DNA of 63,672 bases, filler included, from Octopus bimaculoides (GCF_001194135.2; 5 parts of 5 records of this genome joined end to end with filler, not necessarily neighbours in it); one strand, 5' to 3'; positions 39,701 to 53,911 are shown, counted from the whole stretch's first letter. The notes: generated by a model from the sequence alone, not told the origin. A program made the numbers and translations.

Positions 39701-40433
39701 CTTAAAAATTTAAAATAAAGAAAACGGGAACTAGTACTAATGATTTCTGAAATAATTTATGCAATTACGTTCAATTTAATATCATGAAGCAAAGTGAATA
39801 ACTAAATAAAGTAAGAAGAAATTGCATTTGTACTGAACAAATTATATTTTTCGAATTGCTTTTGTTCTCTAATCGTTTCCTAGAGACTTTCAATGAGATG
39901 AAAAATCTATAGATATAAAACAGTACACGCTATTTTAGCTACTCAATATTTGGAGCGAAAGTGAGAAAATGCCTATGTATTAATTTAGAAATTGTATTCT
40001 TATTTAGAATTATACGGCCTTTCATCGATCTTTTCGCTGCATTTAGTGAAATGTTACTTGAAATAGCGAACACTGTCCAATTATCACTTCCTCCAACATG
40101 CGGAAAAATTCCAGTAGCAATTCTGCTCAATTGCGTAATTATGATTTAATTACAATTATTAGAATAGAATGAAGAATGAAAAATTCAAAATTCCAATTAC
40201 GTCACTGTTTTAATTCTGATACAATCGGAGGTAGAACATATCATATTTAGGTATGCAATAAAGAAAATTTAGTAAAATTCAGGAAGACAATAATTGAAGG
40301 AATAAATGTTAAAAAAACAATGCATATACACTACAAAACTACACGATTTCTGGCTTTCCAGTTAGAAGTACATTAAATTATTTTCCATAAATTCTGCCAG
40401 GATAATGTATTGAGGTCACTATAACTGATAGTA

Positions 40434-41518
40434 CGAGATAGTATCAAAAAGGCCCTGGAATAGTCATGTTTAATGAAAAATAACTTATTTACTTAAGCAT
40501 CATGGCTTTCGAGAGAGTCACCTTGCACAGTAATACATCTATCGTACAGTTCCTGCCACTTTTGGAATCCGTAAGCGAGTCGAGGAATTTCTGCGATTCG
40601 CTCTGGATCTCGACGACGGTGTTAAAACGGTGACCTTTGAGCTACCTGTTCATCTTGGGGAAGAGATGCAAGTCCGCAGGTGCAAAATCCGGTGGATAAG
40701 GCGGGATCGGAAGCTATACCATGTTGTTCTTGCCAAGAAACTTACGACTGAGGAGAGGTCGGTGATAGGGTGCATTGTAGTCGTGAAAAATCCAATTCTT
40801 CGCGCTCCATAGATCCGGTCGTTTTCACCGAATGTCCTTCCTCAAACGCTTCAAACGTCGCAGAACTCTCGATTGACTGTCTTACCCTGGGGGATGAATT
40901 CTCGATGCACGAAGCTGCAGAAAACGAAAAGAACGATGAGCTTGGTCTTTATTGAGCTACAACTCTGTCGTGCCTTCTTTGGTCGTGGAAATGAAGGGCT
41001 CTTCTATTTTGATGACTGCTGCTTTGTCACAGGGTCGTACCATAGACAAAACTCTCGGCTTTGTGATAAGTAGGCGGGGGACAAACTTGGCAGACACACA
41101 CCACATGTTCAATTCAGATATTAGGATAGCCTGCACGGACCCATACCACAGGCCAACAACATCAGCAATGCACAAGCTCAGGGAGAAGATGATGAGTTTT
41201 CTACGCATTTCCTGGAGTAATGCACGTAGCACACATGTCACTCGCAACATTACGCACAACCCATTGACTCCTCACAGCAAGCTTGCCAAAGTATGCTCAA
41301 TGTCTTAGTAGCAACATTTTACGTTGAATCTTCGTTTCAACTAGCCGTCCGTACAAAATCGGAGACTACAGATCACAAAATCGCAAATTTCTCAACTTCC
41401 GAAGTAAGCACAGCTGCCTCATGAAGGTCACCACTAACTCTCACTGCACACGCAACTGTGTGCGGCCATCTGTTGGTGCACAACAGAACTTGTGCAGGAA
41501 CTTTTTGATACCATCTCG
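40434..41518 (-). mobile_element. Mariner transposon with a transposase pseudogene (same family as 6877-7718)
   Basis: TA-flanked TIRs CGAGATAGTATCAAAAAG / CTTTTTGATACCATCTCG. Minus-strand remnants read YGSVQAILISELNMWCVSAKFVPRLL and PPYPPDFAPADLHLFPK. Confidence 0.9.
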
Positions 41519-41746
41519 TACGTAAACAGAATACAAGAAGGATAAAACATACTCCTTGATATGGTTTGGATGAAGAATATCATTTTAATTCTAGATTTAG
41601 CTACACAGTTTATCAAATGAATTAAAAACGTTATGGGCGCATCATAGGTATCACGGTTTTGAGATGAAATATCAACTGAATTCGTTTACAAATATTTTGA
41701 ATCGGATAAAACTTCTACAAGTATTGTTGTATATTTAATTCAGCCT

Positions 41747-43131
41747 GTTGTCAAGAAAACTCTTGCGGTTTTTAACCTTTAAATTCAGATGCACATATCT
41801 CGGCTCAAACACAACTTTATTAATCGAAATAAACACCATCAGAATCACCACACTTTTGCCAACGCGAAACAAGTTCATTTATGCCAGCTGCGTAAACAAC
41901 CTGCGTTCTGGTGGCGATAAAGTCGTTGAAGGCGTGTTTGTCATCGTCTTGGATTTTGAAGCATTTCTCACGCAGGAAGTTGTCGAGATGCTTGAAAAAG
42001 TGGCAGTCTGTGGGCGAGAGGCCTGGTGATTATGGCGGATGAGGCAGAGTTTCGTAACCCCATTCTATCAACTTCTGCAGGNNNNNNNNNNNNNNNNNNN
42101 NNNNNNNNNNNNNNNNNNNNNNNNNNNNNNNNNNNNNNNNNNNNNNNNNNNNNNNNNNNNNNNNNNNNNNNNNNNNNNNNNNNNNNNNNNNNNNNNNNNN
42201 NNNNNNNNNNNNNNNNNNNNNNNNNNNNNNNNNNNNNNNNNNNNNNNNNNNNNNNNNNNNNNNNNNNNNNNNNNNNNNNNNNNNNNNNNNNNNNNNNNNN
42301 NNNNNNNNNNNNNNNNNNNNNNNNNNNNNNNNNNNNNNNNNNNNNNNNNNNNNNNNNNNNNNNNNNNNNNNNNNNNNNNNNNNNNNNNNNNNNNNNNNNN
42401 NNNNNNNNNNNNNNNNNNNNNNNNNNNNNNNNNNNNNNNNNNNNNNNNNNNNNNNNNNNNNNNNNNNNNNNNNNNNNNNNNNNNNNNNNNNNNNNNNNNN
42501 NNNNNNNNNNNNNNNNNNNNNNNNNNNNNNNNNNNNNNNNNNNNNNNNNNNAAAAGAAGGGAAGACGACATTTGGGGGGGGGGGTTCGTTCAATTCGTGC
42601 GGTACCCATTTCTCAAGTAGTTTTGTTTTTACAATCTCTTTCAAGTGGTGGCAAATTGTCGTATACGCTACAGCTAATTCAGAAGCAAGCTCACGAATAG
42701 TTGTACGTGGATTGGCTTCCACTAAGGCTCTTAGCTGGTCGTTGTCAACATCCGCTGGCCGACCACTACGATTATCATCTTCAAGACTCTCGTCACGGCT
42801 AGGACATTTCTTGAACCACCATTGTACTGTGCGTTCATTAGTGGTTCCTGGGCCAAACGCATCGTTGATATCGCGAGCTGTTTCAGCAGTTTTTCGGCCT
42901 AGTTTGAACTGGAATAAGAAAATTGTGCGAATTTGCTTTTTGTCCATGTTGTATTGAAGGTTCTGGGAAAAAATGGCTTAATTATTAAAAAAGAGTAACA
43001 CGATTAGATAGAGCGAAAATCGGGCTTTAAAATGATATATAATATCAAAGTAATTTAACGAAAATTAATTTGAAAATACATCATTTAAAACTAAATTCAA
43101 AAATTCCGCAAGATCTTTCTTGACAACCTAA
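41747..43131 (-). mobile_element. Mariner transposon (Hsmar1/cecropia-like), interior partly in a gap
   Basis: TIRs GTTGTCAAGAAAACTCTTGCGG / CCGCAAGATCTTTCTTGACAACCTAA|TA enclosing the transposase. Confidence 0.9.
41820..42947 (-). pseudogene. Mariner transposase pseudogene
   Basis: MDKKQIRTIFLFQFKLG...RSGRP...KWVPHEL (HTH and WVPHEL motif). C-terminus reads LPHPP*SPGLSPTDCHFF...RWQKCGDSDGVYFD*, so YSPDL is replaced by a stop. Gap at 42082-42551. Confidence 0.9.
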
Positions 43132-45541
43132 TATTTTTTACTCTATGCACTTCATAATGCAACGGAGAGGGTTAGTATTTTGAAAAGAAAGCATGTTGAA
43201 ATAGTTACTAATATTTAAGTTTCTATTGAAGAAAAAGACCCAAAGTTGATAATGACATAAAGAATTATCAAAATGTACATTGTTTCATTGCTGCGAAGTC
43301 CTGTTACTAACCATGTGTGTGTGTGTGTGTGGGGGGGGGTGTGTGTGTGTCTGTGTGTCTGTCTGTCTGTCTGCCTGTGTGTGTCTGTGTCTGTGTATGT
43401 GTGTGAATAGCAAACAACACCATATTATAAAACAACTAATGAATTTCATTACCTTTTCCTTATGTGTACAACTGTAGAACATATCAGTGTTAACTATCGT
43501 TTCTGTTCATCATTTACATGAATTCATATTTCCTCTATTAACTATAAATATTATATCTACAAAAAATGTAACACTTGAGAAAAAGCAACTGCATATCTTT
43601 AACCATATAAGTGTATAAAATCATTATTTTCGAAACATGTTTGACGTTTATAGAAAAGTTGTTAGTGGTTCAAAGAAAAGTAATACACATTTAATTTGAG
43701 ATACACGCTTAATTTATCGCTAAATATTCGAAGGAACTGTTCTGATATACAACAAATTTAAACCTGTTCATTCGTTTACTAGCGCAAACTATAACTAGCA
43801 TTGGTTTTGATCCCTTATACGCAACATATATGATATGTTACTTCATACATTATACGCCCCTTGATTTTCCTCTCATACACCCTTATGTCAGCATTCGAAA
43901 TCTATCATGGTACCTACATCTAACTTAATTATACTTGTGACATTCAGAATAATTTGATTGAAAAATTTTACACAAAATGAGTGATATTTAATTGGCGTTA
44001 AATAGAAAACAAAAACTTCACTCTGTCCTCTTTATGCTTGACAGATGTAGAAAATGTATGTGTAAAATCCTTGACGTTCAGATTAGTTTATCTATGCATT
44101 CAGCCATTTCAATGACATTTGACGTTCTATGCCATAATGATTTTACTTTTTGATGTGATTCAAACATTTTTAACATATATTCAATGGCAAAGTGACACTG
44201 TGCATGATTGACGCACTTTTATTTGGCAACTTAATGCATGGTTGTGTAGACACCAACAGAAAACCATCTCGAATAATTTGCCCTTATAGTGAGGTAAGAT
44301 CAACATACTTCAAATTATCAATAGACTGTCATTTATAACACTCATAAATAAGCCTACAATCTTGCATATATGATATAATATTCCGTATGCTAATATTTTC
44401 ATCAAATCTATGTTTGTAAAATACGAATGAACAGCACATTTCGCAGATTATAAAACTGTTTTCTAGAACTGTCTCTCGAACTTAAGTTGTCTAAAATTTT
44501 CTTCTCTCTGTATAAGTCTAATGTTGAAAATCAAACACTCGCTTTAACTTATCTAAAGACTGTTTTCACTTATTGTCCTTCCACCACACCATTATACAGT
44601 AATGTGAATAAGAGATTACCATGAATGGAAATGAAATCAATCAGGCAGAAAATAGCCATTAATAGTAACATATAAACGATTGATTGCTTACTTAGCTCTA
44701 AAATCGTATGTTCTGACATATATTACTGTCACAATATTTATTACTTACTCTCTATGCATTAGCGACTTTTCTGAAATAAAAAGTCTTTCAAAGATCTTTT
44801 TAAATGTAGTTCAACAGGGTAATTACCCATAACTCACTAAATTGCGATTTAACTTCTATAAGATTTAAATGTCTGAGATCATGTTATCAACAATTCAAAA
44901 TCGCGCTATTTCCACTACCACTTTATTTAACGTTAATTAAATAGAATTTTCGCAAAGTCGAAAATAATTCGATTGAAACGTTTGATGACATGTCAACTTT
45001 ATTAATTTCTTAGAGCGCAGAGAATTTATTAGCAAATATCTAAAGGTATTTCTGAAGCAGCTAAAGGTTGAAGAAACTAAGATAATCACCATAAGCTTCT
45101 TGTATTAAATCTGAAATTACGAATGAGTAAACACGAAACTTGATAAACCTTCTATTTTTAGAAGCGATAGATACGTGTAGATCATAAAAAAACCTAAAAA
45201 TATGCTGTATAAAATTGTAAATTTGGAAGAAATAAATTTTGAGGATGAACAAGTCTACATATTCCATATCGTTATAATTATTGCTAATATATACTCCAGA
45301 CAATATTACCGTTCAGTGAAGTGAAAACGGAATTACCGACAGGAGAAATTTACAGAATGACTGGCAACTTTTTACATATATATGTGGGGGGTGTATGCAT
45401 GTATGTATGAATGTATGTATATATGTATGTATGAATGTATGTATATATGTATGTGCGTAAGTATATATGTATGTGTGTATGTATGTATGTATGTATGTAT
45501 GTATATTTGTATGACTGTATGTATGCATATGTATGTCTACA

Positions 45542-46095
45542 CGAGGATTGGTTGAAAAGATTATAGGGAAACTATGAAAGAATGAAGCTACTCCAGGGAA
45601 ATCTTGCTTGCATCAATTTAAACTCTTTTTAGTAATAACTACACCGTTTCCGTCCACGTAAAATAACGTCTGACCGTTGAAAGAAGACTTCATATCTAAC
45701 TCGAAGCGTCTACTCTTGAAAATGGACAAAATTTGGTATTGTGGCATTATGAAGTATCTGCAGAAAATAGCGTTTAGCACCCAATGACATTCTTGATGGC
45801 ATGGTTGCTACATCACGGGATGGCGCTCCAGTTTAATCAAGTGTTCAAAAAACTGAGCTTAGAAGCCGGAGGTGGGGTCTTGAACATGATCCAAGGCGGG
45901 TACGATCTGCAACTGCCGCCACTGACAAAAACATTGATCATGTTCACCACATCGTGAGGGATGACAGGCAATTGGCCATAATTCAAATAGGCAATGCTAT
46001 TAACATCTTGCGTGAGAGAGGTGAGAATATTCTGCACCATGCACATGACATGACAATGGTTTCTGCACGATGGGTGCTATGTCTTCTGACAGCTA
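45542..46095 (+). mobile_element. Mariner 5' fragment (left TIR and N-terminal HTH remnant), a different lineage
   Basis: TIR-like CGAGGATTGGTTGAAAAG. From the ATG at 45722 it reads MDKIWYCGIMKYLQK...DDRQLAIIQIGNAINI...MTMVSARWVLCLLT. Confidence 0.8.
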
Positions 46096-47220
46096 TTCAA
46101 AAGAGCGCGGGCTACAAACCCCAAGACTCTGAGTTCGATTCCAGGCAGTGACCTGAATAATAATAATGATAATAATAATAATAATAATAANNNNNNNNNN
46201 NNNNNNNNNNNNNNNNNNNNNNNNNNNNNNNNNNNNNNNNNNNNNNNNNNNNNNNNNNNNNNNNNNNNNNNNNNNNNNNNNNNNNNNNNNNNNNNNNNNN
46301 NNNNNNNNNNNNNNNNNNNNNNNNNNNNNNNNNNNNNNNNNNNNNNNNNNNNNNNNNNNNNNNNNNNNNNNNNNNNNNNNNNNNNNNNNNNNNNNNNNNN
46401 NNNNNNNNNNNNNNNNNNNNNNNNNNNNNNNNNNNNNNNNNNNNNNNNNNNNNNNNNNNNNNNNNNNNNNNNNNNNNNNNNNNNNNNNNNNNNNNNNNNN
46501 NNNNNNNNNNNNNNNNNNNNNNNNNNNNNNNNNNNNNNNNNNNNNNNNNNNNNNNNNNNNNNNNNNNNNNNNNNNNNNNNNNNNNNNNNNNNNNNNNNNN
46601 NNNNNNNNNNNNNNNNNNNNNNNNNNNNNNNNNNNNNNNNNNNNNNNNNNNNNNNNNNNNNNNNNNNNNNNNNNNNNNNNNNNNNNNNNNNNNNNNNNNN
46701 NNNNNNNNNNNNNNNNNNNNNNNNNNNNNNNNNNNNNNNNNNNNNNNNNNNNNNNNNNNNNNNNNNNNNNNNNNNNNNNNNNNNNNNNNNNNNNNNNNNN
46801 NNNNNNNNNNNNNNNNNNNNNNNNNNNNNNNNNNNNNNNNNNNNNNNNNNNNNNNNNNNNNNNNNNNNNNNNNNNNNNNNNNNNNNNNNNNNNNNNNNNN
46901 NNNNNNNNNNNNNNNNNNNNNNNNNNNNNNNNNNNNNNNNNNNNNNNNNNNNNNNNNNNNNNNNNNNNNNNNNNNNNNNNNNNNNNNNNNNNNNNNNNNN
47001 NNNNNNNNNNNNNNNNNNNNNNNNNNNNNNNNNNNNNNNNNNNNNNNNNNNNNNNNNNNNNNNNNNNNNNNNNNNNNNNNNNNNNNNNNNNNNNNNNNNN
47101 NNNNNNNNNNNNNNNNNNNNNNNNNNNNNNNNNNNNNNNNNNNNNNNNNNNNNNNNNNNNNNNNNNNNNNNNNNNNNNNGGAGGAGAAAGGAGGAGGAGG
47201 AGAAAGGAGGAGGAGGAGGA

Positions 47221-47356
47221 AGTTGCTAGGAAAATGGCAAAAGGTCATCGAACTAAATGGAAAATAAATGATTGATTAAAGTCCATTTTTTTAAATGTAA
47301 AGCAAATGACTTTTATTTCACACTAAAAAACCGAAATTACTTTCTTGCCAATACAA
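47221..47356 (+). mobile_element. Mariner 3' end with right TIR
   Basis: Reads KWQKVIELNGK*MID*, then AAAAACCGAAATTACTTTCTTGCCAATACAA|TA. Confidence 0.6.
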
Positions 47357-50300
47357 TAGTTTATCAAAACGAACTCTCACAAGCAAACTCACAACATAAT
47401 TTCCGATCAGATATATACCGGATATGCAGAATAAATGGGAAAAAGTTGGGTAAAATCAGATCTAGTTATAATTTTGCTCTCTGTAGCAAGAAAAATATTG
47501 AAAAACAAAAATAAATGGAAATTCTGGATAATCTAAAATCTTCATGTTAAACTATATAAGTTGATAAAGGTTTAGACTATTGTGCAGAAATTTTCAAATG
47601 AATTTTTAGCTTAAGCAATTAAAAGTTTTTTAAATGTATTAAATCAGAAAGTATTTAAAAAATGAAATACTTAAAAAATTATCGTCAATTCACTGAAGCA
47701 TTATTATTACATCTAAAATGGGGTTGAAGGGGAAGAAGAAGAAAAGTGTCTTAGAAAATAAAAATAATTAATTAGTTTATGAATTTGTGTTGCAAGATTC
47801 CCTGATGTGAGTCCGTGTGTTGAAATAGATATATAGATATCGTTGCATTTCGGAATGATCGGTTTTTTTTCTCTTTGTAGGATATTGTCTTTAATAAAAT
47901 TTAGTGTACAAACTGAATAAAAGACGAATTACCTTTGCTAAGAATTTTGCGAGGTAATGTACATCGGTAAAACAGAAGTTAATTAATTAGGTAAAATTAG
48001 GAAAGTAAAATATTTATAATCTAAAAATAGTTGTTACTATGGATTATGACTTCTTTTCGAGTATAGTTAAATTTTCCTGCTCTCATTTGTAAATTAAATA
48101 GCCATTGTGCTTATTCAAGAACGGTTCCTAATCGCTATGATTAAGCTCACTATACTTTTCCAAATATTACAGGATCCCTCATTACTTATGCATGAGTCTG
48201 AAACAATAATTCATCCCAGTTTGCAGATTATGCTTATAATTTTAAAATATCCTTTGAAGGATTTGAAAAATAATAATCCCCAACACTAGTGTTTCACTAA
48301 CGTTTTTATTTGAAGATTATTCAAATCATGTTTTGCTGCTTGGGACTAATTTAAAACACCTAGAGTGTAGTCTTATGTGGGGTGGTGGATGAGAGAATAT
48401 TACTTTTAATGCTACTTCTAAAAACTATTATACACTTGGATTTTGAGGACATATTTTGCAGTAATACAGTTACAATTTCTATTTATTTAAAATTCCGCTC
48501 GGATTGTTTTTGTTGTCAGTTTAAAACTCCACACAAGTAACTAAAGACTGAAAAACATTTGATGAGATAGGACAAGATATTTTGATTGTAATTTTTTGGT
48601 AAATCTTATATGTATTCATTGGTTATAAGAGATACTTCGAAGGAAAATCCATTTGGATACATACAGCTTGAACAAAATGGCTTATTGCTGTATCCGTATA
48701 CGACACTGTGTTTTGATGGTCAATATAATAGTTTTCGTAACCACTTTCTATGTAGGTCTTCATATAACACGATACGTCTTGAGTAAATATTTGCACTTTA
48801 ACAAGAAATTAATATTGCCTGATTTAGATCAAATATTCTAACTGATAATCTTAGAGTCAATGTCATTGGAATTTTCATTTATTTTCGGAAATGTGAATAT
48901 TGGTCAAATGTAGCATTACAATAGAAAGTGTTGTTTCTCCTGTATCAGGAAGGAAATCAACATTCTATAAAACTACATGTGTGATTGTCTGCATTTCTTG
49001 GCTTCTTTGTGGTTTCCTGTTAGAGAAATTCACCAGAACTTCAGTCCAGCATAATCCCCATTTTATATGTGAAATTTCTCTTCTAAGTTTATCTCAATCC
49101 GTCAACATATCTCTTTGGGTCTCGCCTTCCGTCTCTCCCCCGCTCTTTCCCCTTCCCTCTATTTCTCTTCCTCTCTCTCCCTGTCTCTCTCGATATATAT
49201 ATATATATATATATACACACAAACATATATATATATATATATGCTTATATGTTTGTATGTATGTACATGTGTTTGTATGTGAGTATATGCGTGTGTGTAC
49301 GTGTGCAAATTTTTACAGATATACACCATACTTCCCTAACACATACATACACACGCGCACGCACATATGCATATATATATATNNNNNNNNNNNNNNNNNN
49401 NNNNNNNNNNNNNNNNNNNNNNNNNNNNNNNNNNNNNNNNNNNNNNNNNNNNNNNNNNNNNNNNNNNNNNNNNNNNNNNNNNNNNNNNNNNNNNNNNNNN
49501 NNNNNNNNNNNNNNNNNNNNNNNNNNNNNNNNNNNNNNNNNNNNNNNNNNNNNNNNNNNNNNNNNNNNNNNNNNNNNNNNNNNNNNATTATAAACACAAG
49601 TATATACTGCACAAAGAGCGATAGCTATCATACCTTTCTTCTAAACAGTTTTGCAATGTCATTTCAGATTTAAAAATAGAATTTAATATTTATGTTCAGA
49701 CGTAATTGCATGGGTTGTATGAATGAATGAGAGAAGGAAAAAAACAAAAATATATAACGAAAAAATATATGTATATATAGCTATAAATACAAAAAGGATT
49801 AAAATCTATAGCAATAAATATCCTATAAATCATTTTATCTGATTTGTGTGATAATCTGCTGCCTTAGATATATGGATATTTTTATTTTCACGCAAATAAG
49901 TTAGCTGAAATTTCTGATGTATCAAAATACATTGGGGATCTGCAAATATGTATTAAACGGTCTGTTGCCTGAGACACAATGATTACTCTGGCAGAACATG
50001 TTATATAATATGTGGCGATAAAAATCGAATGACTACCCAAAGAATAAAGACTTACGAAATTCAGCACATAGTAGTATCGACTATGTATATATTTGAAACA
50101 TAATTCTCTTTCTGTATGGAATATTATCTCACTTTAATACAAGTATCTGAACAAGAACATGGAAACAAACCTTTCACCGAACAAATACATTGATAAAATT
50201 CCACCAATGTAACATTTCTTGTCAGTTACAGCTTGTAAGCGGAAGGAGATGTGTTATATTTTACATGAGTGACTCTTTGCAGTGAAGATAGTATATCGAA

Positions 50301-53300
50301 GGTGCACAATCTCATCTGATACAGTTTTCCTAAATAAGTTCAAGTGAGGAAGGAAATATACTGCTGTAGCGATTATGATGAAATAGTTTTTATTCCAATG
50401 CAATGCTGTGATCAATATATTTAGCACAGTAGAAGAATTGTAAAGACAAAAATGCAAAAATTTATCCTTATATATTCCTCTGTAGAATTATGAAAGAATA
50501 TTAATAAGTTATTGTATGATATCTAAAAAAGTGGAAGGGTACAGTAAACTTGCCGTGAGGAGTGGAATAGCCAATGTTTCGGATTCACTCCTTCGTCAGG
50601 GGGCGAAGAAAAAGAGAAGAAAAGGAGGAAAATGTCAAACAGAGTTTGCAACTCCTCCTTTTCTTCTCTTTTACTCTACCCTCTTATGAAGGAGTAAATC
50701 CGAAACGTTGATTATTCCACTCTTCAAGACAATTTCACTGTAACCCTTTCACTTTTTTTCCATATTTTTTCAAATCTTGCCGATGCAGAGCTATCAGATT
50801 ATTGTCTGATTATGATATCTAACATCATTTCGTTCATTTCATTTAAAAGATAACGAATTCATGCAATAAGTACAGAGAATGAAAATAAATATTTACTTAC
50901 TGTAAGGTTAGATTAAATAGCGACGAACCTATTCATTGCAAGGACAAAACATGATAAAACACTAATTTACATTACAAAGGTTAGATATTTAACTAATTTG
51001 TGATATGATGAACCTTTTGCATTGCATCTGAGATTTCTTCGTAGTTTTGCTGTTATTTTCAAACATTAGATAACGGAATAAGTAAAATCCTGTAGTAGGT
51101 GTGTTGTGTTATTGAGCTTCGCTCGTTTACGTCGCAAGTAAGGCTTTGACTTTTACACTTATCCTTGCATAATTTATTCATTCGATGGAACAATTATGGC
51201 ATTAACAACTTTCGAAATAAATGACTATTTCCATACATCTAAGAGAATCTGATGGAGAAATTAGGCATTGCAGTACATTTCTGATGCTTCTTTGCAGCTT
51301 ATGCATGCCCAAGAGATCTGTCGACATTGTAGCCACTAAGACAATGCCATCCATACAGAATGGCTGGTATAAAACTGGAAATGACAGCACAACGGTTCTG
51401 TTATCAACAACATAACCATTGTGCCCCCATTTCTAATTTTATATCAGTCACTCTATGTGGATGAAATTGTATTAATCTATTTCTTAACGGAGTTGTTTCA
51501 CCATGTTTTCATTTTCTATATAGGTAATGCATGAGGTGTTTGATTAGGTTGGTGTTCATTTGTAGGTGTGTATTGAAAAGCCATCACGTCTAATATATTT
51601 GTTATCACCTTTAGAATCTTACATAAAGCGAGTCAATTCCAATTTGTATGAGTGTGACTGTGCTCCAACTTTTGTCTAGTAGAGGAAGTATTTAAGTTCA
51701 TACCGTTACTATTTTGCCTACTGAATGCTTCTACAATCAAAAGATCCGCTAACAACGACACGGTAACTACACACAGAGACGCATTATTAAATCTAATGAA
51801 ATTTTGAGTGACTCTTAATTACAAAACGCCATTATATGCGAATTGCTACTTGGCCTTACATTCAACGACATTTTTAATTGCATTTCTTTTCATGTTTGAT
51901 TAGCTCAGCTTTGTGAATACTGGAATAAAACTGACATTAATAAAATTACCAAGTTAAAAGACTGGCTAATAACTGAAATAACTAAAATATATTTAAAACT
52001 TGTCCCCATGGAGAAAGCTAAATTTAGATTAATGAACATATTTTCAGAGACTGCTGTTTTTTCACTGAACCGGTAGGGAGAACTCAGTGTATATAAATTA
52101 TTATTTAATTTTTATCTCTACGTATCTATTTACCTTTCACTTTGTGTCTATGTGTATATGTGTGTGTGCGTGTATACGAGTGTGTGCATGTGCATGTATG
52201 TATGTATAACTTAGAGACATAGAGACATGCAAAAAGAAATCAATAACTGTTGAAATCTTTTAAAAGACAATGTAATTTTTTCAATTCTTCAAATAATAAA
52301 AATGGAAACTATAATTTCTGTAATTCAGTCATAAAAAAACGGATTCCACCAATAGCCTGAAAGAATATATGCTTTAAAAACACCACATCATCTTTGAATG
52401 TGGCGTAAACTTTACAATGTTTCGATTCTTGATGATGAAATGAATGCTAATGTTACCCGAAAATAATAAAAACTACCAATAAAACATCTAAAATATAAAA
52501 TGCCATCTATTGATTGATAAAACGTTTTCTCATCATTTCCCTATCATTCTCGTTCACTTCTTTCTCTCCTTACACTACATTTTTGGTTATTTCTCATTCC
52601 ATTTTTCCTTAACTTTCTCCCCTTCTCATTCTGTAACACTTCCGCCCACTTGATCATTTTTTATTCATAATTTTCCGGCATTTAATTTTATCATCATAAG
52701 ACCTTAATATTTAGTTATTTTAACATTTATGAAATTCCATTTCAAAAGCGAAATCATTATTATGATGGAGAAAGTCAAATTGATTTATTTTCGTTTTGCC
52801 CAGTTTTTTTTCTTTTGTTTTCTATGTAGTGTTTATCTTCGTCAAGGTTGCTTAAAGTTTGCCTCTAATCTAATATGGTATTATTTTAGAATAAAAAGGA
52901 TTTATAAGAAATAGAAATAAAGCCGAAATTAATAAAAATGTTGAAACAAATGAAACATAACTATTATGTAAACTTATAGCAATATTAATCATTATCGCAG
53001 TAGGAGCAGTAGCAACTGCAGCAGCAGCAGCAGCAGCAATAGTAGTAGTAGTAGTAGTAGTAGTAGNNNNNNNNNNGTGGTGGTGGTGGTGGTGATGGTG
53101 GAAATGGTTTCATTTTTCATAATTATTCCATTTCTTTTTCTTGGTGCTGGTAGCGATTGGTGCTGGTAGCAGTAAAATAAAAGCCTCTCCCTTTTGAAAT
53201 AGTCATATTCCGTCCGATTTGATATTTATGACAGGCAAAATATTTAAATTTATGTGGCATAGCTTTCTGCATCCTATTTTCAAACACAATTATCCCTTTA

Positions 53301-53810
53301 ATTATCATATTTTTTTAAACTTTGATATTCACCTGGTCTCACCCGGATCACCATAGTCATCACGATGTATGATCTCCCAAATTCAGAAGCCTCTAAAGGG
53401 AGAGATTATGTCGCTTTGCATTAGATAGTATATCTTTCTTGCTCGACCTATTTTCTGCTAATTAAATCACGTACATTTGCTGGAACATATCTGAAATAAT
53501 TGTCATAATATCGGCGTTATTGCTGCGAGATATGGCTGTCAGGAAATGCAAAGATTAAATTAATAGAATAAAAGCTTCACGTCTTAACATTTTAGCAGCG
53601 AAAAATTCAAATATCAACAGACTAGGTTGATAACATTATTGTCGATGACATCAGCATCTTCCTCGTCCTCATCTTCATCATCACCATGATCTTTTGGTTT
53701 ATATGTAAATTATATGATAAACACTTACAGTTGAACCTTAGAGAACAACAACTTCCGTATTTCATTAATATCATATTAAAAATATAATATTGTTATAAAT
53801 TTATTTTATG

Positions 53811-53911
<101 letters not shown>

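Noticed and set aside
42030-42947. Intact or domesticated (SETMAR-like) transposase
   Set aside because: About half the ORF is gap, the YSPDL motif carries a stop, both TIRs remain and no SET domain is present.
47881-47951. Exon-like segment with a strong acceptor (TTTTCTCTTTGTAG) and donor (GAG|GTAATG)
   Set aside because: Stops occur in all three frames and nothing supports transcription.
667-49673. Long ORFs in the track (e.g. 667-1683, 46112-47248, 30649-31224, 4800-5561, 48900-49673)
   Set aside because: They consist of N-gaps (X runs) or translated microsatellites (YI/HT/CV repeats) and are not coding evidence.
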